From NCBI RefSeq assembly GCF_009914755.1, contig NC_060926.1: a stretch of 64,000 nucleotides of DNA. One strand, given 5' to 3'. Shown one piece after another: positions 49,890 to 64,000 of the stretch. A program made the position numbers and the translations under genes. This stretch comes from the human T2T-CHM13v2.0 reference genome, Homo sapiens. The notes beneath the pieces are model-generated. The model saw only the letters and a program-made list of their open reading frames with translations. It did not search any database and was not told the origin of the DNA. Numbering within the stretch: the stretch's first letter is position 1; each line of letters starts with the position of its first letter.

Positions 49890-50152
49890 TACCCTCTGGC
49901 CTCTAAAGAAGAAAAATTATTATTAAACAATGGCTTACTCAGTCCTATACCTAAGATATAAGGGCCCAATTAATCAGCCATCTCACACTTGTTTTAAAGT
50001 TCCAGTTAACATATATGAATGGTAACTCTATCCACTACTATATTTTCTGTACTCTATTTCTTAAAAGGCATAGGAATTAGAACTTTTAAAAAAGTCTGGA
50101 AGGTAATGCTTTAGGAGCATCAAAGAGATAGAGCTGATGAAAATGCCACCTC

Positions 50153-50858
50153 TTTTTTTGTTATTATACTTTAAGTTTTAGGGTACATGTGCACAATGTG
50201 CAGGTTTGATACATAGGTATACATGTGCCATGTTGGTTTGCTGCACCCATCAACTCATCATTTACATTAGGTATTTCTCCTACTGCTATCTCTCCCCCAA
50301 CCCCCAACCCCCAACCCCATGACAGGCCCCAGTGTGTGATGCTCCCTGCCCTGTGTCCAGGTGTTCTCATTGTTCAATTCCCACCTATGAGTGAGAACAT
50401 GTGGTGTTTGGTTTTCTGTCCTTGTGACAGTTTGCTGAGAATGATGGTTTGCAGCTTCATCCATGTCCCTGCAAAGGACAGGAACTCATCCTTTTTTATG
50501 GCTGCATATTATTCCATGGTGTATATGTGCCAAATTTTCTTAATCCAGTCTGTCACTGATGGGCATTTGGGTTGGTTCCAAGTCTTTGCTATTGTGAATA
50601 GTGCCACAATAAACATATGTGTGCATGTGTCTTTATAGTAGAATGATTTATAATCCTTTGGGTATATACTCAGTAATGGGATTGCTGGGTCAAATGGTAT
50701 TTCTAGTTCTAGATCCTTGAGGAATTGCCACACTGTCTTCCACAATGGTTGAACTAATTCACACTCCCACCAACAGTGTAAAATGGTTCCTATTTCTCCA
50801 CATCCTCTCCAGCATCTGTTGTTTCCTGACTTTTTAATGATCACCATTCTAACTGGCG
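50153..50858 (-). mobile_element. 5'-truncated L1PA 3' end (sense to SLC25A12, intron 13)
   Basis: ORF2 C-terminus ...[51 protein letters not shown]...; TSD gaaaatgc.acctctttt at 50139-50156 and 50859-50876. Confidence 0.92.
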
Positions 50859-51030
50859 GAAAATGCTACCTCTTTTCTACACTCAAAACCCGTTAGCTTT
50901 TACAATAAAATTTAAAACTTATTCCATATGATTATTGAGAAAACCTGCTTAGAATCCCTTGAGTTCAAGAGAAATGCCACTAAGATATCTATTATATCTG
51001 TGCAAAAAGGTCAACGGAATGTATTTGTCA

Positions 51031-51138
<108 letters not shown>

Positions 51139-51245
51139 CTAATTAGAAAGACAACATCAGTTAACCAAAATTCCCAACCATTTCTCTTCTGGCATACTGT
51201 TGCTTTTCCAAGTCAGCAAAATATTTGTCTTATGATAAAATTTAA

Positions 51246-51607
<362 letters not shown>

Positions 51608-51675
51608 TGATTTTAGCTTTTTGGCTTAATGGTAATCTAAACAAATGACATAAATTCAGTTAGAGATAAACTTAC

Positions 51676-51728
51676 AGTCAGTTTAATGGCCTTTTCTGGA
51701 GCAACCCCTATAAGTTGTGGTATCAGAC
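51676..51728 (-). CDS. SLC25A12: SLC25A12 coding exon (exon 12, 53 nt): (G)LIPQLIGVAPEKAIKLT
   Basis: Acceptor ccctttacctag|GTC and donor ACT|gtaagt. Phase is consistent with both neighbouring exons. Confidence 0.94.
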
Positions 51729-54700
51729 CTAGGTAAAGGGACAGAATCATCAGCAATATAGCTGTACCAGACATGAATACACAAGCCCAGCAACAAAGAG
51801 TTTCCCCCATATTATTTACCCATCAAACATTGCAGAGTTTTCATTAAAATGGGAAAAAGATTATCCTTAAAACTCTGTATACATATGTAATAATTATTTA
51901 CAAATGCAGTATAATGTCACGTTTTCTTGAGGCTATAAATCCTCTTCTTAAGCATGCTTACTTTAAAGCCTAGTTATCCAACACTTCCCAAAAAGTCCAT
52001 GAAGAAGAAACGGAGCCATGCGTCTTCTCTATTCTGGGAACACTGCCAATAACAATGTAACCAAATTCCCTCCCTTATTACAACCAACAACATATAAACA
52101 TACACAGATACTGTACACTTGGAAAAGCTCTGAAAAGCATGCTGTTAAGCATACCCAGATTTTGCCACAAACTATGCTACCTACATAATGGCATACAGTG
52201 GCTTCGTTATTATAGAATACTAACTCCCATAATCTTCTCTTCAGAGAAACACAGCATTCAATATTCATTTATTTAAAAGGAAGCCAAAACTGCAAAGAAA
52301 AATGCAGTTTTAAGTATTGTTTAACGAGTATCTCCTATAAGCAAAAACATATGCCTGTTGTATTCTTATTGACTAATATATGTCAAGCTTAAGACATTTT
52401 AAAAGAATCCCCTCAAAACAAAGGAAATCATAATCCTTAGAAAGTTAAATTCCCCAGGCTGGTTGTAAACTGGAAAAGAAAAAAATAAACAATTCAACAT
52501 CTGTTGGGCTCAGCTTTCTAAAGCACACAGCTTATCCAAATTGTTAGCATACTTTTTTGCATACATTTTTTAAAGATGCTAACAATAAACATTTTATATC
52601 CTTTAAATCATCCAGCCAAAGGGGAGTTATATATGTGTTTGCCTGCTTGCTGACTGCTGATCTTAAGCCTGCTTTGAGGATACTGCTGAGTTCCATAAGT
52701 TGAGAGCCACAAGTAATCATACATATAGGCTACTGTCAGTCAGGCTGAATTATCAATGATACACACAAAGCCTCACACACCTTTCATGCGTAGCAGACTG
52801 ATTTAAAAGAACAAATCAGCAGATGGCAGTATTAACTTTCTAACCCTCATGATTATCAGGCTCTATTACTTTTAATCTAACTCCCATACAACCATGTCAG
52901 CATGCATATTTGTTTTACAACTCGCCTCAATAAGGCTCATGGAATTTAATAAAGTACTGATTTGTGTCATTTTATCATTGTTGCCTGCGAAGAAATTTAG
53001 CTAATCTGTCAACAATTTTGTCAATCATCTGACAGAATAATGGACCAGTTGCAAGCAATATATGACAATCTCAATAATCATAGTGCTCACATACAGGACT
53101 CCTACAATCTTCTCCCTAATACAAAAGTCTCTCATTTAAAGAACTGCTTTTATGAGCTTACATCCTGAATAAAACCAACAATCCCCTCCCCTACTTGCTA
53201 TATTGCATCCATTTAATAAACATGACATCTCTCTCAAATGAAATCTTCTGTAAGCATCTATCCATTGAGAAGGCTAAACTATGCAGTAAATATCTAGGTT
53301 CCTTTTAATAGGGGACATTTTCTTTGCAATTTAAAAGTATACCAAAGAGGAGAAAGGTCATTATTCAACAAAGAAATATTGGAGATATCAAGGAAAAAAA
53401 CAACCTTAATGCCACTCAACCTTGATTCCCCATTAAATAAAATCTGGATATGCAGGGTTTAATCAGTTAAAACAAGCATTCACATGGAAAGGTCTGCATT
53501 CTGGATATTGTACGCCTTTCCACAGGGTACATGCTGTACAGGTGGAATTCAAAGAGACTACAATTCTGAATATTTGAGGAAAACTCATCACATTCATTCT
53601 CAAGAGCAGGGTACTTGAGCCTAGTTTGATTTCGGAATAACTCTCTCCTATTATTCTATATATAATGCTAAAAATGAACATCCTTGTGACCCTCTACTTC
53701 AATTATGAGTTTATCGGAGTTATATTTTTTGCTTGAATACCTGTATATAATGCTAACCAGCGGTGTTTTTTTCCTCCTGTCCATGAGCATAAAGCTTTGT
53801 TCGGGCCCAGTCTTTCTTAGGAAGATTTCTAAGCCAAATAGTTCAACAGAGCTCAGAATAGGCTAGGGATTAATGAGCTTGTATGTGCAAACAAACAAGT
53901 ACAGTAAATTACATAAATGGCATGGACTTGAGCATGTAGAGAGTATTTTCATAGAATCCCAAGTGGCGCCCAAAGAGATTAAAAAATTAATCTCCCTCCC
54001 AAAGGAAACCCTATATTCTAATGTGAAAACACATACATGAAAGTCATTCTCTCTCCAAAGAGACAAGTTCCTACAAAGACAACGGGGGGGTGGGGAAAAT
54101 TCTGCATGGGGCGCAGTGCTGCCTCTGATGCCAACTGCACTGTGCTCAGTCTAGAGTGGCTGCTAACATTCCCTGCGAAAGAAAATCTCTCTGTTTTGAC
54201 TGTACACCTCTGAGCTAAGTGGGGGAAAGAAGCAAGAATTAGACTTGGAACCAAAGGGTTTTCCTTTTTTTTTTTTTTTTTTAAACCTTCAGATGGCTCA
54301 TTGGAAAAAATTTATAAATGGTCCCTGAAAGAGACAAAAACATTTGATATTTATTTCAGTTGAAATAAATATATGGAGGGTAAACTCATCTTTGAGTGGT
54401 AACCTGGATTCTTTTTCACAGGAAAGAGATGTATTTCTCCTCTTTAATTCTTTGAGAAAAGCAGCTCTATATTTCTTAACTATCATCCTTGTATTCCACC
54501 TGCAGATATGTGCCTTGGTTTGTAGGAGCATGGTGACATAGACCCATGTTGGGACAAACACATAATTTGGACACCAAGAAATATAAACCACAAGAAGAAG
54601 AAATGAAGACCTTATTTGCAGATTAATATTGCTAATCACCAGAAAGAATGCAAAAAGGGAAATGAGCAAAGAGAAAATAAAAAGAGAGAAACAGACCTAG

Positions 54701-54799
54701 TCTGGCTAGGCATACTACATATTGGCTTCCATAATTAGTGAGTTAAAATCTGCTGCTGGTGAGATCAAATCACTAACTTCAGCAGCTGGGATTTGCTTA

Positions 54800-55003
<204 letters not shown>

Positions 55004-55954
55004 TTAAATGGAGAGTCCATAAGGATGACAAATCTTATCTTAAAGGATGAGAAAATAAAACACAACATGTATTCTCACAAAAGAGAGTTTATTATTTTTC
55101 TTTCCCTCACAAACACCTTAGGGATAGCAGGCTATAGCAAGCACTGAAATCCATAAATACAGCTGCTTCAGAAAACAACTGTCAAGAATGCTCTTTGATA
55201 TCGTAGGTTCATAAACTACAGAGTGGATTATCGAGTCACTTCCCAAATTAGATAATCAACACTCAGTTTTCTATAGTAACAACATTAAACTATTATGTAT
55301 AACATTTATTTATATTTTCCATTAAATGCTTAAATATTATGCCAGTTACTTCTTAAAATGACTATATCCGTACACTAGGTGGCTACGATTTTAAAATTTA
55401 GTTTAATAAAGCATCTTGGTAAATTAATCATAGTTACAACCATAATATTAGAAACACACTTCAACATTATCCTATCCCTATGTATAGAATTTGGTTTAAA
55501 AGAAAATATGGCTATGCTTTAGAATTTCTCAGGGAATGAAAATTTATTTACATGAACGAGAGTATTACACATTTTGACTGCTGAAAGCCAAAACCTGGTT
55601 TGCAACTTCTAAAACTGAGAGTGAAAAGAAAAAAAAAAGTCTTTTGAGTTCAGGCTTATCTTAAAAAATCGTAAGCATTTTAATCACACCTGCTAGCTTC
55701 TTCTCAACAAAGCAACTTCAGATTGTACACATTTTCTAAGTAGAGTATTTAAGCAAAAACAGTCTCTCAAATTTTGGCTGTGAACAGGGAGGGAAGGGAG
55801 GTTCATTTTTGCAAATAAACATCAAGTCCAGATATTGTTAAGCAAGCGATAAGGGAAAGGAAAACATACAAGCAGAAAAGCAAAACTGGGTCACTTTGAG
55901 AGGCTCTTTTATTTCACGAGGTTCTGGGATTCATATCCCAAATCTCAATTTCTT

Positions 55955-56252
55955 TCTTTTTTTTTTTAGTTTTATTTTAGGTGTGGGGTATATATGAAGG
56001 TTTGTCACATAGGTAAACACGTGTCACGGGCGTTTGTTGTACATATTTCATCGCCCAGGTATTAATCCCAGCATCCAACAGTCATTTTTTCTGCTCCCCT
56101 CCTTCCTGCCACCCTCCCCCACAAGTAGACCCCAGTGTCTGTTGTTTCCTTCTTTGTGTTCATAATAAGCTCCTATTTAGTTCCCACTTATAAATGAGAA
56201 CATGTGGTATTTGGTTTTCTGTTCCTGCGTTAGTTTGCTAAGGATAATAGCG
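55955..56252 (-). mobile_element. Short L1PA12-16-type 3' end fragment (sense to SLC25A12, intron 10)
   Basis: L1 3' UTR sequence with a poly(T) head; TSD aatctcaatttctt at 55941-55954 and 56253-56266. Confidence 0.85.
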
Positions 56253-56581
56253 AATCTCAATTTCTTAACCTGTCCCATAAACACAGTCTCATTTTCCATT
56301 TTTTCATACTGGCCTTAGCCAGTATAATTAAGGTGAGTGCAGCACTGCATCCCAGACTTTCACATCATTACAGAGGTTCTGTCCTGAAGACAGACTGGAG
56401 CCAGATGGTCATAGCCATTGCTACGACAAGTCTCCTGATCATAGGTAAAAATAAAGAACACTTCAGAAAGCCCTGAAGTCGTGACCCATGGGAACAATGA
56501 ACTGCACCTTTGCTGATCTGCCTCAGTCTGGTGAGATAATATTACATTAACACAAGCCTCAAACAGCACACAGACATGTCA

Positions 56582-56743
<162 letters not shown>

Positions 56744-57527
56744 TTAAGACAAGAAAAAACAAAACCTAAAAGTGATATTGTTAATGCAGTAATATCTTTT
56801 CTAAAAGAAGAAAATAGGATATTCATGCAGCCAAAAATGAAAGCAATGTATTTAAAAATAGATAACTCTATTGTCAGCATTTAAAAACCATGTTAGGCCA
56901 AATACACAGTAGCTTCCCACTTACCCCAATTTTTACAAGCCTATTAATGCCTCATTTATCTGCTACTGTTGGGGGAATACACTATCAGTTTACAGAAGTG
57001 AATCTTTCAGGTAAACAAGCATTTCAGTTATAAAATTTTTTTCCTTCTTTAACTAACTTAAAATTTAAAAAGCTTTCTAAAGTGTATAAAAATTAACTTG
57101 ATTCTTAAATCAGAGAATATTGATCATAATCTACCATCTCTAATGACTACTGCCACAGTTCTAACATAAAAATCTATAATAATAAAAAAGAGAAAAATTC
57201 CACCAGATGTTATTTCACAGGTATCCCACAGCATAAAGAAAGGATCTAAGATAACTTGTCTATACTAGTGTGTCAGTCTTGTTCTTTAATATTTTCACTA
57301 TGAAAAGACCTTCTATACTATGTAAACAGTATGAAATGACAGAATAAACTAAATAAAAAGTTCACATATTTGCCAACGTCTTAATTATATATACATAAAC
57401 TTAATATACATTATAAAATTACACATAAGATGTATTTTAAAGTATATACAAAAATAGAAATTATAGAATGAGATAAATATTTCTAAGTAATTTTATATTT
57501 CACTTATTAATTAATGCAAAAATATTC

Positions 57528-57830
57528 CTTTTTTTTTTTTTTTTTTTTGGAGACAGGGTTTCACTCTGATGCCTAGGCTGGAATGCAGTGGCACAAACAT
57601 GGCTCACCGCAGCCTCAAATTCCCAGGTTCAGGCCATCCCAACGACTCGGCCTCCGAAGTAGCTAGGACTACAGGTGCATGCCACCATGCCCAGCTAATT
57701 TTTAAATTTTTTGTAGAGATGGGGTCTGTTTATGTTGCCCAGGCTGGTCTCAAACTCTTGAGCTCAAGCTATTCTCCCACCTCAACCTCCCAAAGTGCTG
57801 GGATTACAGGCATAAGCCACCTCACCTGGC
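57528..57830 (-). mobile_element. AluJ
   Basis: Dimeric Alu; TSD caaaaatattcct. Confidence 0.87.
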
Positions 57831-57844
57831 ACAAAAATATTCCT

Positions 57845-58140
57845 GATACTACTTTCAAATACCAAAATCCATGGATGCTCATGTCCCTTATCTAAAATAG
57901 TGTAGTATTTTCACATAACCTATGCACATCCTCTTGTATTCTTTAAATCATCTCTACATTACTTCTAATACCTAATATAAGGTAAATAAGATGTAAATAG
58001 TTGTTATACTGTATTTTTAAATTTTGTATTTTTTTATTGTTGTAGTGTTATTTTTTATTGTTTGTTTTTTCCCAAATATTTTCCATCCACAGTTGGCTGA
58101 ATCCAAGGACATGAAACTCAAGCAGATGGAGGGCCCACTA
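57845..58140 (-). mobile_element. MER2 (TcMar-Tigger) remnant
   Basis: ataccaaaatccatggatgctca...tttaaatcatctcta...ttggctgaatcca...gatggagggccc is the reverse of the MER2 pattern seen at 10.8 kb. Confidence 0.75.
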
Positions 58141-58324
58141 TATTGAATATGCTTCAGTATAATTAACTGAATATGCTTCAATGAGTTTCTAAAATGTTGA
58201 TTAACCAGTTAATTCTGATACTTTGTTTCAAAGACAACAGTTGAAAACATATACACAATCTGTCCTTTCAAGGCAATGATGATATTTAATCTCATATACT
58301 TTGAAGGAATTCAAGTTATGGCAT

Positions 58325-58692
58325 TGCTACAGATTCACTGCTTGTGACTCCCCAGAATTCATGTGTTGAGACCCTACTGCCCAATGTGATTGTATGTGAT
58401 GTGAAGGTGGCAACTTTGGGTGGTAATTAGGTCATGAAAATGGAGCCCTCATGATAGGATTAGTGCCATTATAAGAAAAGACACAAGAAAGACGACCTCC
58501 CTCTATCTCTCCCTCTTATAACAAGGATATAACAAGCAGCCTGCTGTCTACAGACTAGGAATAGGGCCCTCACCAGTAACTGAATCGGCCAGCACCTTGA
58601 TCTTGTACTTTCTAGCCTCTAGAACTATGAGAAATAAATGTTTGCTATCTAAACCACCTATGGTAATTTGTAATAGGAGTCCAAACAAAGAC
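58325..58692 (+). mobile_element. ERVL-MaLR solo LTR (MLT1A-like)
   Basis: tgctac...cccagaattcatgtgttga...gcaccttgatcttg.acttt.tagcctctagaactatgagaaataaatg...aagaca. Confidence 0.78.
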
Positions 58693-58775
58693 AGGCATTT
58701 TAGCTCACATTTTAAAATCAATATAGCTATTATGCTACCTACTAAACACATTGGCATACGTTTTTAACTTCTTTA

Positions 58776-59093
<318 letters not shown>

Positions 59094-59957
59094 GTATGTA
59101 GAATGTTATTTCCCCCACTTAGAGTTTCTCAATCACAAAACTGGATGAAAATAAATTTCATTCTCATAGATTATGAATTATTTTCAATCATGTATCCTTT
59201 CAAAAGAATATGTTGAATTAAAACTCACAGAATAAAAAGCCTATGATCCTAAATAAGCATCAAGTAACCACTAATACCCTTATTCATATAAAAGGTTTCT
59301 CCTGTATTCAACTGCATATATTTTTCTGTATACTTTCTTCCTTTAAAGAATGTTTATAAGCCCTACAAAATCCTATGAAAACTGAAGGATTATACTGTGC
59401 TTTAATTCTTTGCTAAAAACATTTCTAACTATAAATACCCAAATGCCTTTTGACAGAAATGTCACCTTCACCCTTATTAAATAACATTTAAAAGAAAACA
59501 TACAATATATGGTTAGCAACATTTTTTTAAGGCTTAGTTATCACTTATGGCTCACTTGTATTCAGGTATGTAAATTAATGTAATTAATGCTATGGATTTC
59601 ACTTCATGAATATTCATAAATGAAATGCTACCGCTGTCATCCCTATTAATGACTGTGTCCTGAATTTTTAGCATTTAGGCTGAAGGAAAACACTCAGCAC
59701 TAAGAAGATTGCCTGCCGTGAGCAAATGGGCCAAAGGAAAAGACGCTCTTTCCCTTAAGGTTATGATTATGGTCGTAAAGTTTGATATTTAACAAGGTTA
59801 ATTAAGTGTTTTTCAAAACAAGAGTTGAGAATCTTAAATGATTTTTAACCTACTCCCTAAGCATATGTGTATGATAGGAAATAAGTTGAGACCTCATTTA
59901 AAGAGATGTTCTCTTCATTTTTTTGTTATACGTATCTCATTTTGTAAGTGAGAATTA

Positions 59958-60200
59958 GGTCTAGTGAGGTGGCTCATAGCAGTAATCCCAGCACTTTGGG
60001 AGGCTGAGGCAGGCAAGATCACTTGAGCCCAAGAGTTCAAGACCAGCCTGGGCAACATGGTAAAACTCCATCTCTACAACAAATACAAAAGTTAGCCAGG
60101 CATGGTAGTACATGCCTGTGGTCCCAGCTACTTGAGAGGCTGAAGTGGAAGGATCACTTGAGCCTGGGAGGTTGAGGCTGCAGTGAGCAGTGATGATGCA
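59958..60200 (+). mobile_element. AluJ, 3'-truncated
   Basis: The Alu body ends after gcagtgagc. Confidence 0.78.
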
Positions 60201-60560
60201 TTAGATAAGGCAAGATTATGTCAGTTAACAAGTCAAACCTGCCCAAACCACACTGCCAACTCAATAGGGAGAACTACCTCTTTCAAATGACACACTATTA
60301 ATGGGTAGAATAAAAGGGAGAAATAGCTAAAGTTTTTATATCAAGCATTGGAAGGGGGAAAAAAGGCTAGATTCTATAAAAACAAAAATGTATGACTGGA
60401 ATGGCAAAATAAGGCTAGAGAAAACAAAACAAAATTTTTCTGTCTGCAAACTACATCTATGACTTCAATAGTCTGGGATTTGAATTCAATATTCTTGGCC
60501 TTAAAAAGTAAGATTAAAACCTAAAGCCATGACAGTATAGGAGAAGGAGATGAAGGAAAA

Positions 60561-60961
60561 ATATATATATACATAAAATATATATATAATATATAATACA
60601 TATTATATATAAATATAAAATATATGATATATAATACGTATTATATATGTATAATACGTATTATATATTAATATATAATATATAATACATATTATATATG
60701 TATATAATATATACTAATATATATAATGTATACATTATATATTTACATAATATATAATACATAATATAGAATTATAATTATATATAATACATAATATATA
60801 ATTATATATATTATATATGTATTTATATTATATATAATATATTATATATAATATATAATATATTATATAATTATATAAGTATATAATTATATGTTATATA
60901 CATAATAATATATAATATATAATACTTATTATATATATTATATATATTAATATATATATAA
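60561..60961. repeat. ~400-bp (TA)-rich low-complexity tract
   Basis: Almost exclusively A/T, made of interrupted TA and TATAA units. Confidence 0.92.
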
Positions 60962-61355
60962 TTTTCCCCTGAATGCTAAACAATACATATTTTTCTCTCA
61001 GCAAAAAGGGAGTTAAGTTGTGTTAAAGACTATAGTTAAGTCTTCAAATCTAATAATTTAAATGAGTTAAATTTAAATGAGTTAAATGACTAATAAATAA
61101 TAGCTAATAATAGACTAATAAATAAACCTAACTTTCTTTTTGAGAACAGACTTCCATTTGTGGTAAAATATCACAGGTGAAAGAGGTAAAATGTTCCAAA
61201 AAAAGGAATTCCTAAATGGACAGTAATGTCTTCCTATATGTGCTCATGAATCCAAAATTCAAAGAAGGTCCACAGAAATGCAAATTACACAAAGAAAACA
61301 AAGTCCTATGTCTAAGGAACGCTATACACAAAATAAAGATAAAAGTAATTCTAAT

Positions 61356-61705
61356 ATGCAGCCATAAAAAAGAATGAGATCCTGTCTTTTGCAGGGACAT
61401 GGATGGAGCTGGAGGCCACCATCCTTAGCAAACTAACACAGGAACAGAAAGCCAAATACCGTATGTTCTCACTTATAAGTGGGAGCTAAGTGATAAGAGC
61501 TTATTATGAACACAAAGAAGGAAACAACGGACACTGGGGTCTACTTGAGGGAGGACTGGAGGAGAAAGGAGAGGAGCAGAAAAGATAACTATCGGGTACT
61601 GGGCTTAATACCTGGGTGATGGAATAATATGTACAAAAAAACCCCATGACACGTTTACCTATGTAACAAACCTTCACATGTACCCCCAAACTTAAAAGTT
61701 AAAAT
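61356..61705 (+). mobile_element. Short L1PA12-16-type 3' end fragment (antisense to SLC25A12, intron 9)
   Basis: atgcagccataaaaaagaatgagatc...cttcacatgtacccccaaac; TSD taattctaat at 61346-61355 and 61718-61727. Confidence 0.85.
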
Positions 61706-61921
61706 AATAATTCTTAATAATTCTAATGATGTTTTGACAGAACACAATCCAGCTTATATTCCATAGTTTTTTTAGTGAGTGGCCTATAGCTTTAATATAA
61801 TTTCCCATAGAAACAAAACTTTTTTAAAGTAAGTACATATATACCCAAGCAGGTCTATCACAGATCATTTATCCCATACAGTTGAAAAAAGTAATTATGT
61901 AATATACAGTAAAGAAAAAGA

Positions 61922-62280
<359 letters not shown>

Positions 62281-62474
62281 TTAATATCCAAACTGTTACA
62301 TGCTTCAAAAATATACATCCTCTTCTTTCTGCAACCCACCTCCTCTTTTATCTCACTTCCCTCAAATCAAAATTTCCATTTCTCTCACTGTAGGTCATCT
62401 TAATAGCACAACATATTTATCCGTTCTACTGTTGGTGAGTATTTAGATTCCAATATTTTTGCAACTGCAAATAA

Positions 62475-63460
<986 letters not shown>

Positions 63461-63739
63461 TGGGGTAGTGATTTTTTTTCCTTGTTGAATATCCATCATT
63501 AATTAAAAATTTTTAAAAACAGGCCTGGTAAAATTTCAGCCAGCATCAAAAAATTAAAATATAAAACATTTCAGGCACTTAAAAAATACAAAGATATATT
63601 AATACTTTTTCCTCACTTCCCATCCCCTTCTACCTAATGGAAGTAGATGAGGGTAGATTAAGCAGTTGTGTCACATATATGTTTCAGCCCATCTTGGAGT
63701 TTGCTTATATGGGCTTCTCATATTTGATAACAGTAATAA

Positions 63740-63858
63740 GCACAATAATAGCAGTTAACATTTATTGCATGCTTAGCAGGTGTCAGGCTTAATGTAAGTG
63801 TATTATTACTCATGTAATTCCCATAACAATCCTATAAAGATGCATACTGCTATCCCTA
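63740..63858 (-). mobile_element. MIR fragment
   Basis: aataatagcagttaacatttattg..tgctta....tgtcaggc...taattcccataacaatcctat. Confidence 0.6.
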
Positions 63859-63859
63859 T

Positions 63860-64000
63860 TTATTTATTTATTTGAGACAGGGTCTCACTCTGTCACTCAG
63901 GCTGGAGTGCAGTAGTGTGATCACAGCTGACTGCAGCCTCAAATTCCTGGGCTCAAGCAATCCTCCCACCTCTGTCTCCCAAATAGCTGAGACTACAGGT
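63860..64000 (-). mobile_element. AluJ (cut by the window edge)
   Basis: gagacagggtctcactctgtcac...tagctgagactacagg. Confidence 0.8.

Overview
Primate (almost certainly human) genomic DNA. The right ~39 kb holds the 3' half of SLC25A12 (aralar/AGC1, the Ca2+-regulated mitochondrial aspartate/glutamate carrier) on the minus strand. Nine coding exons (exons 10-18 by recalled numbering) were located with canonical GT-AG boundaries and splice into one open frame. That frame covers the linker, the three mitochondrial-carrier repeats and the C-terminal tail, ends at a TGA TGA double stop at 26721-26726, and is followed by a 3' UTR with several poly(A) signals. The left ~25 kb is repeat-dense intergenic DNA: the 5' part of an L1PA7/8-type element with its promoter, a TSD-bounded SVA, ancient L1M fragments, many Alus, Tigger-family DNA transposon remnants and an MaLR LTR. 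Nearly all ORFs in the supplied track are repeat-derived or chance. I found no new gene system. The most unusual features are local template-switch scars: a ~170-bp inverted copy of unique intronic DNA dropped into an Alu, and a perfect 22-bp hairpin built inside an AluY from its inverted neighbour. Also notable are a perfect 115-bp tandem duplication, a possibly converted inverted L1 pair around exon 10, a candidate intronic poly(A) route to an EF-hand-only aralar, a NAGNAG acceptor and a candidate TALE/SOX enhancer. Repeat subfamily calls are from recalled consensus features and repeat boundaries are approximate.
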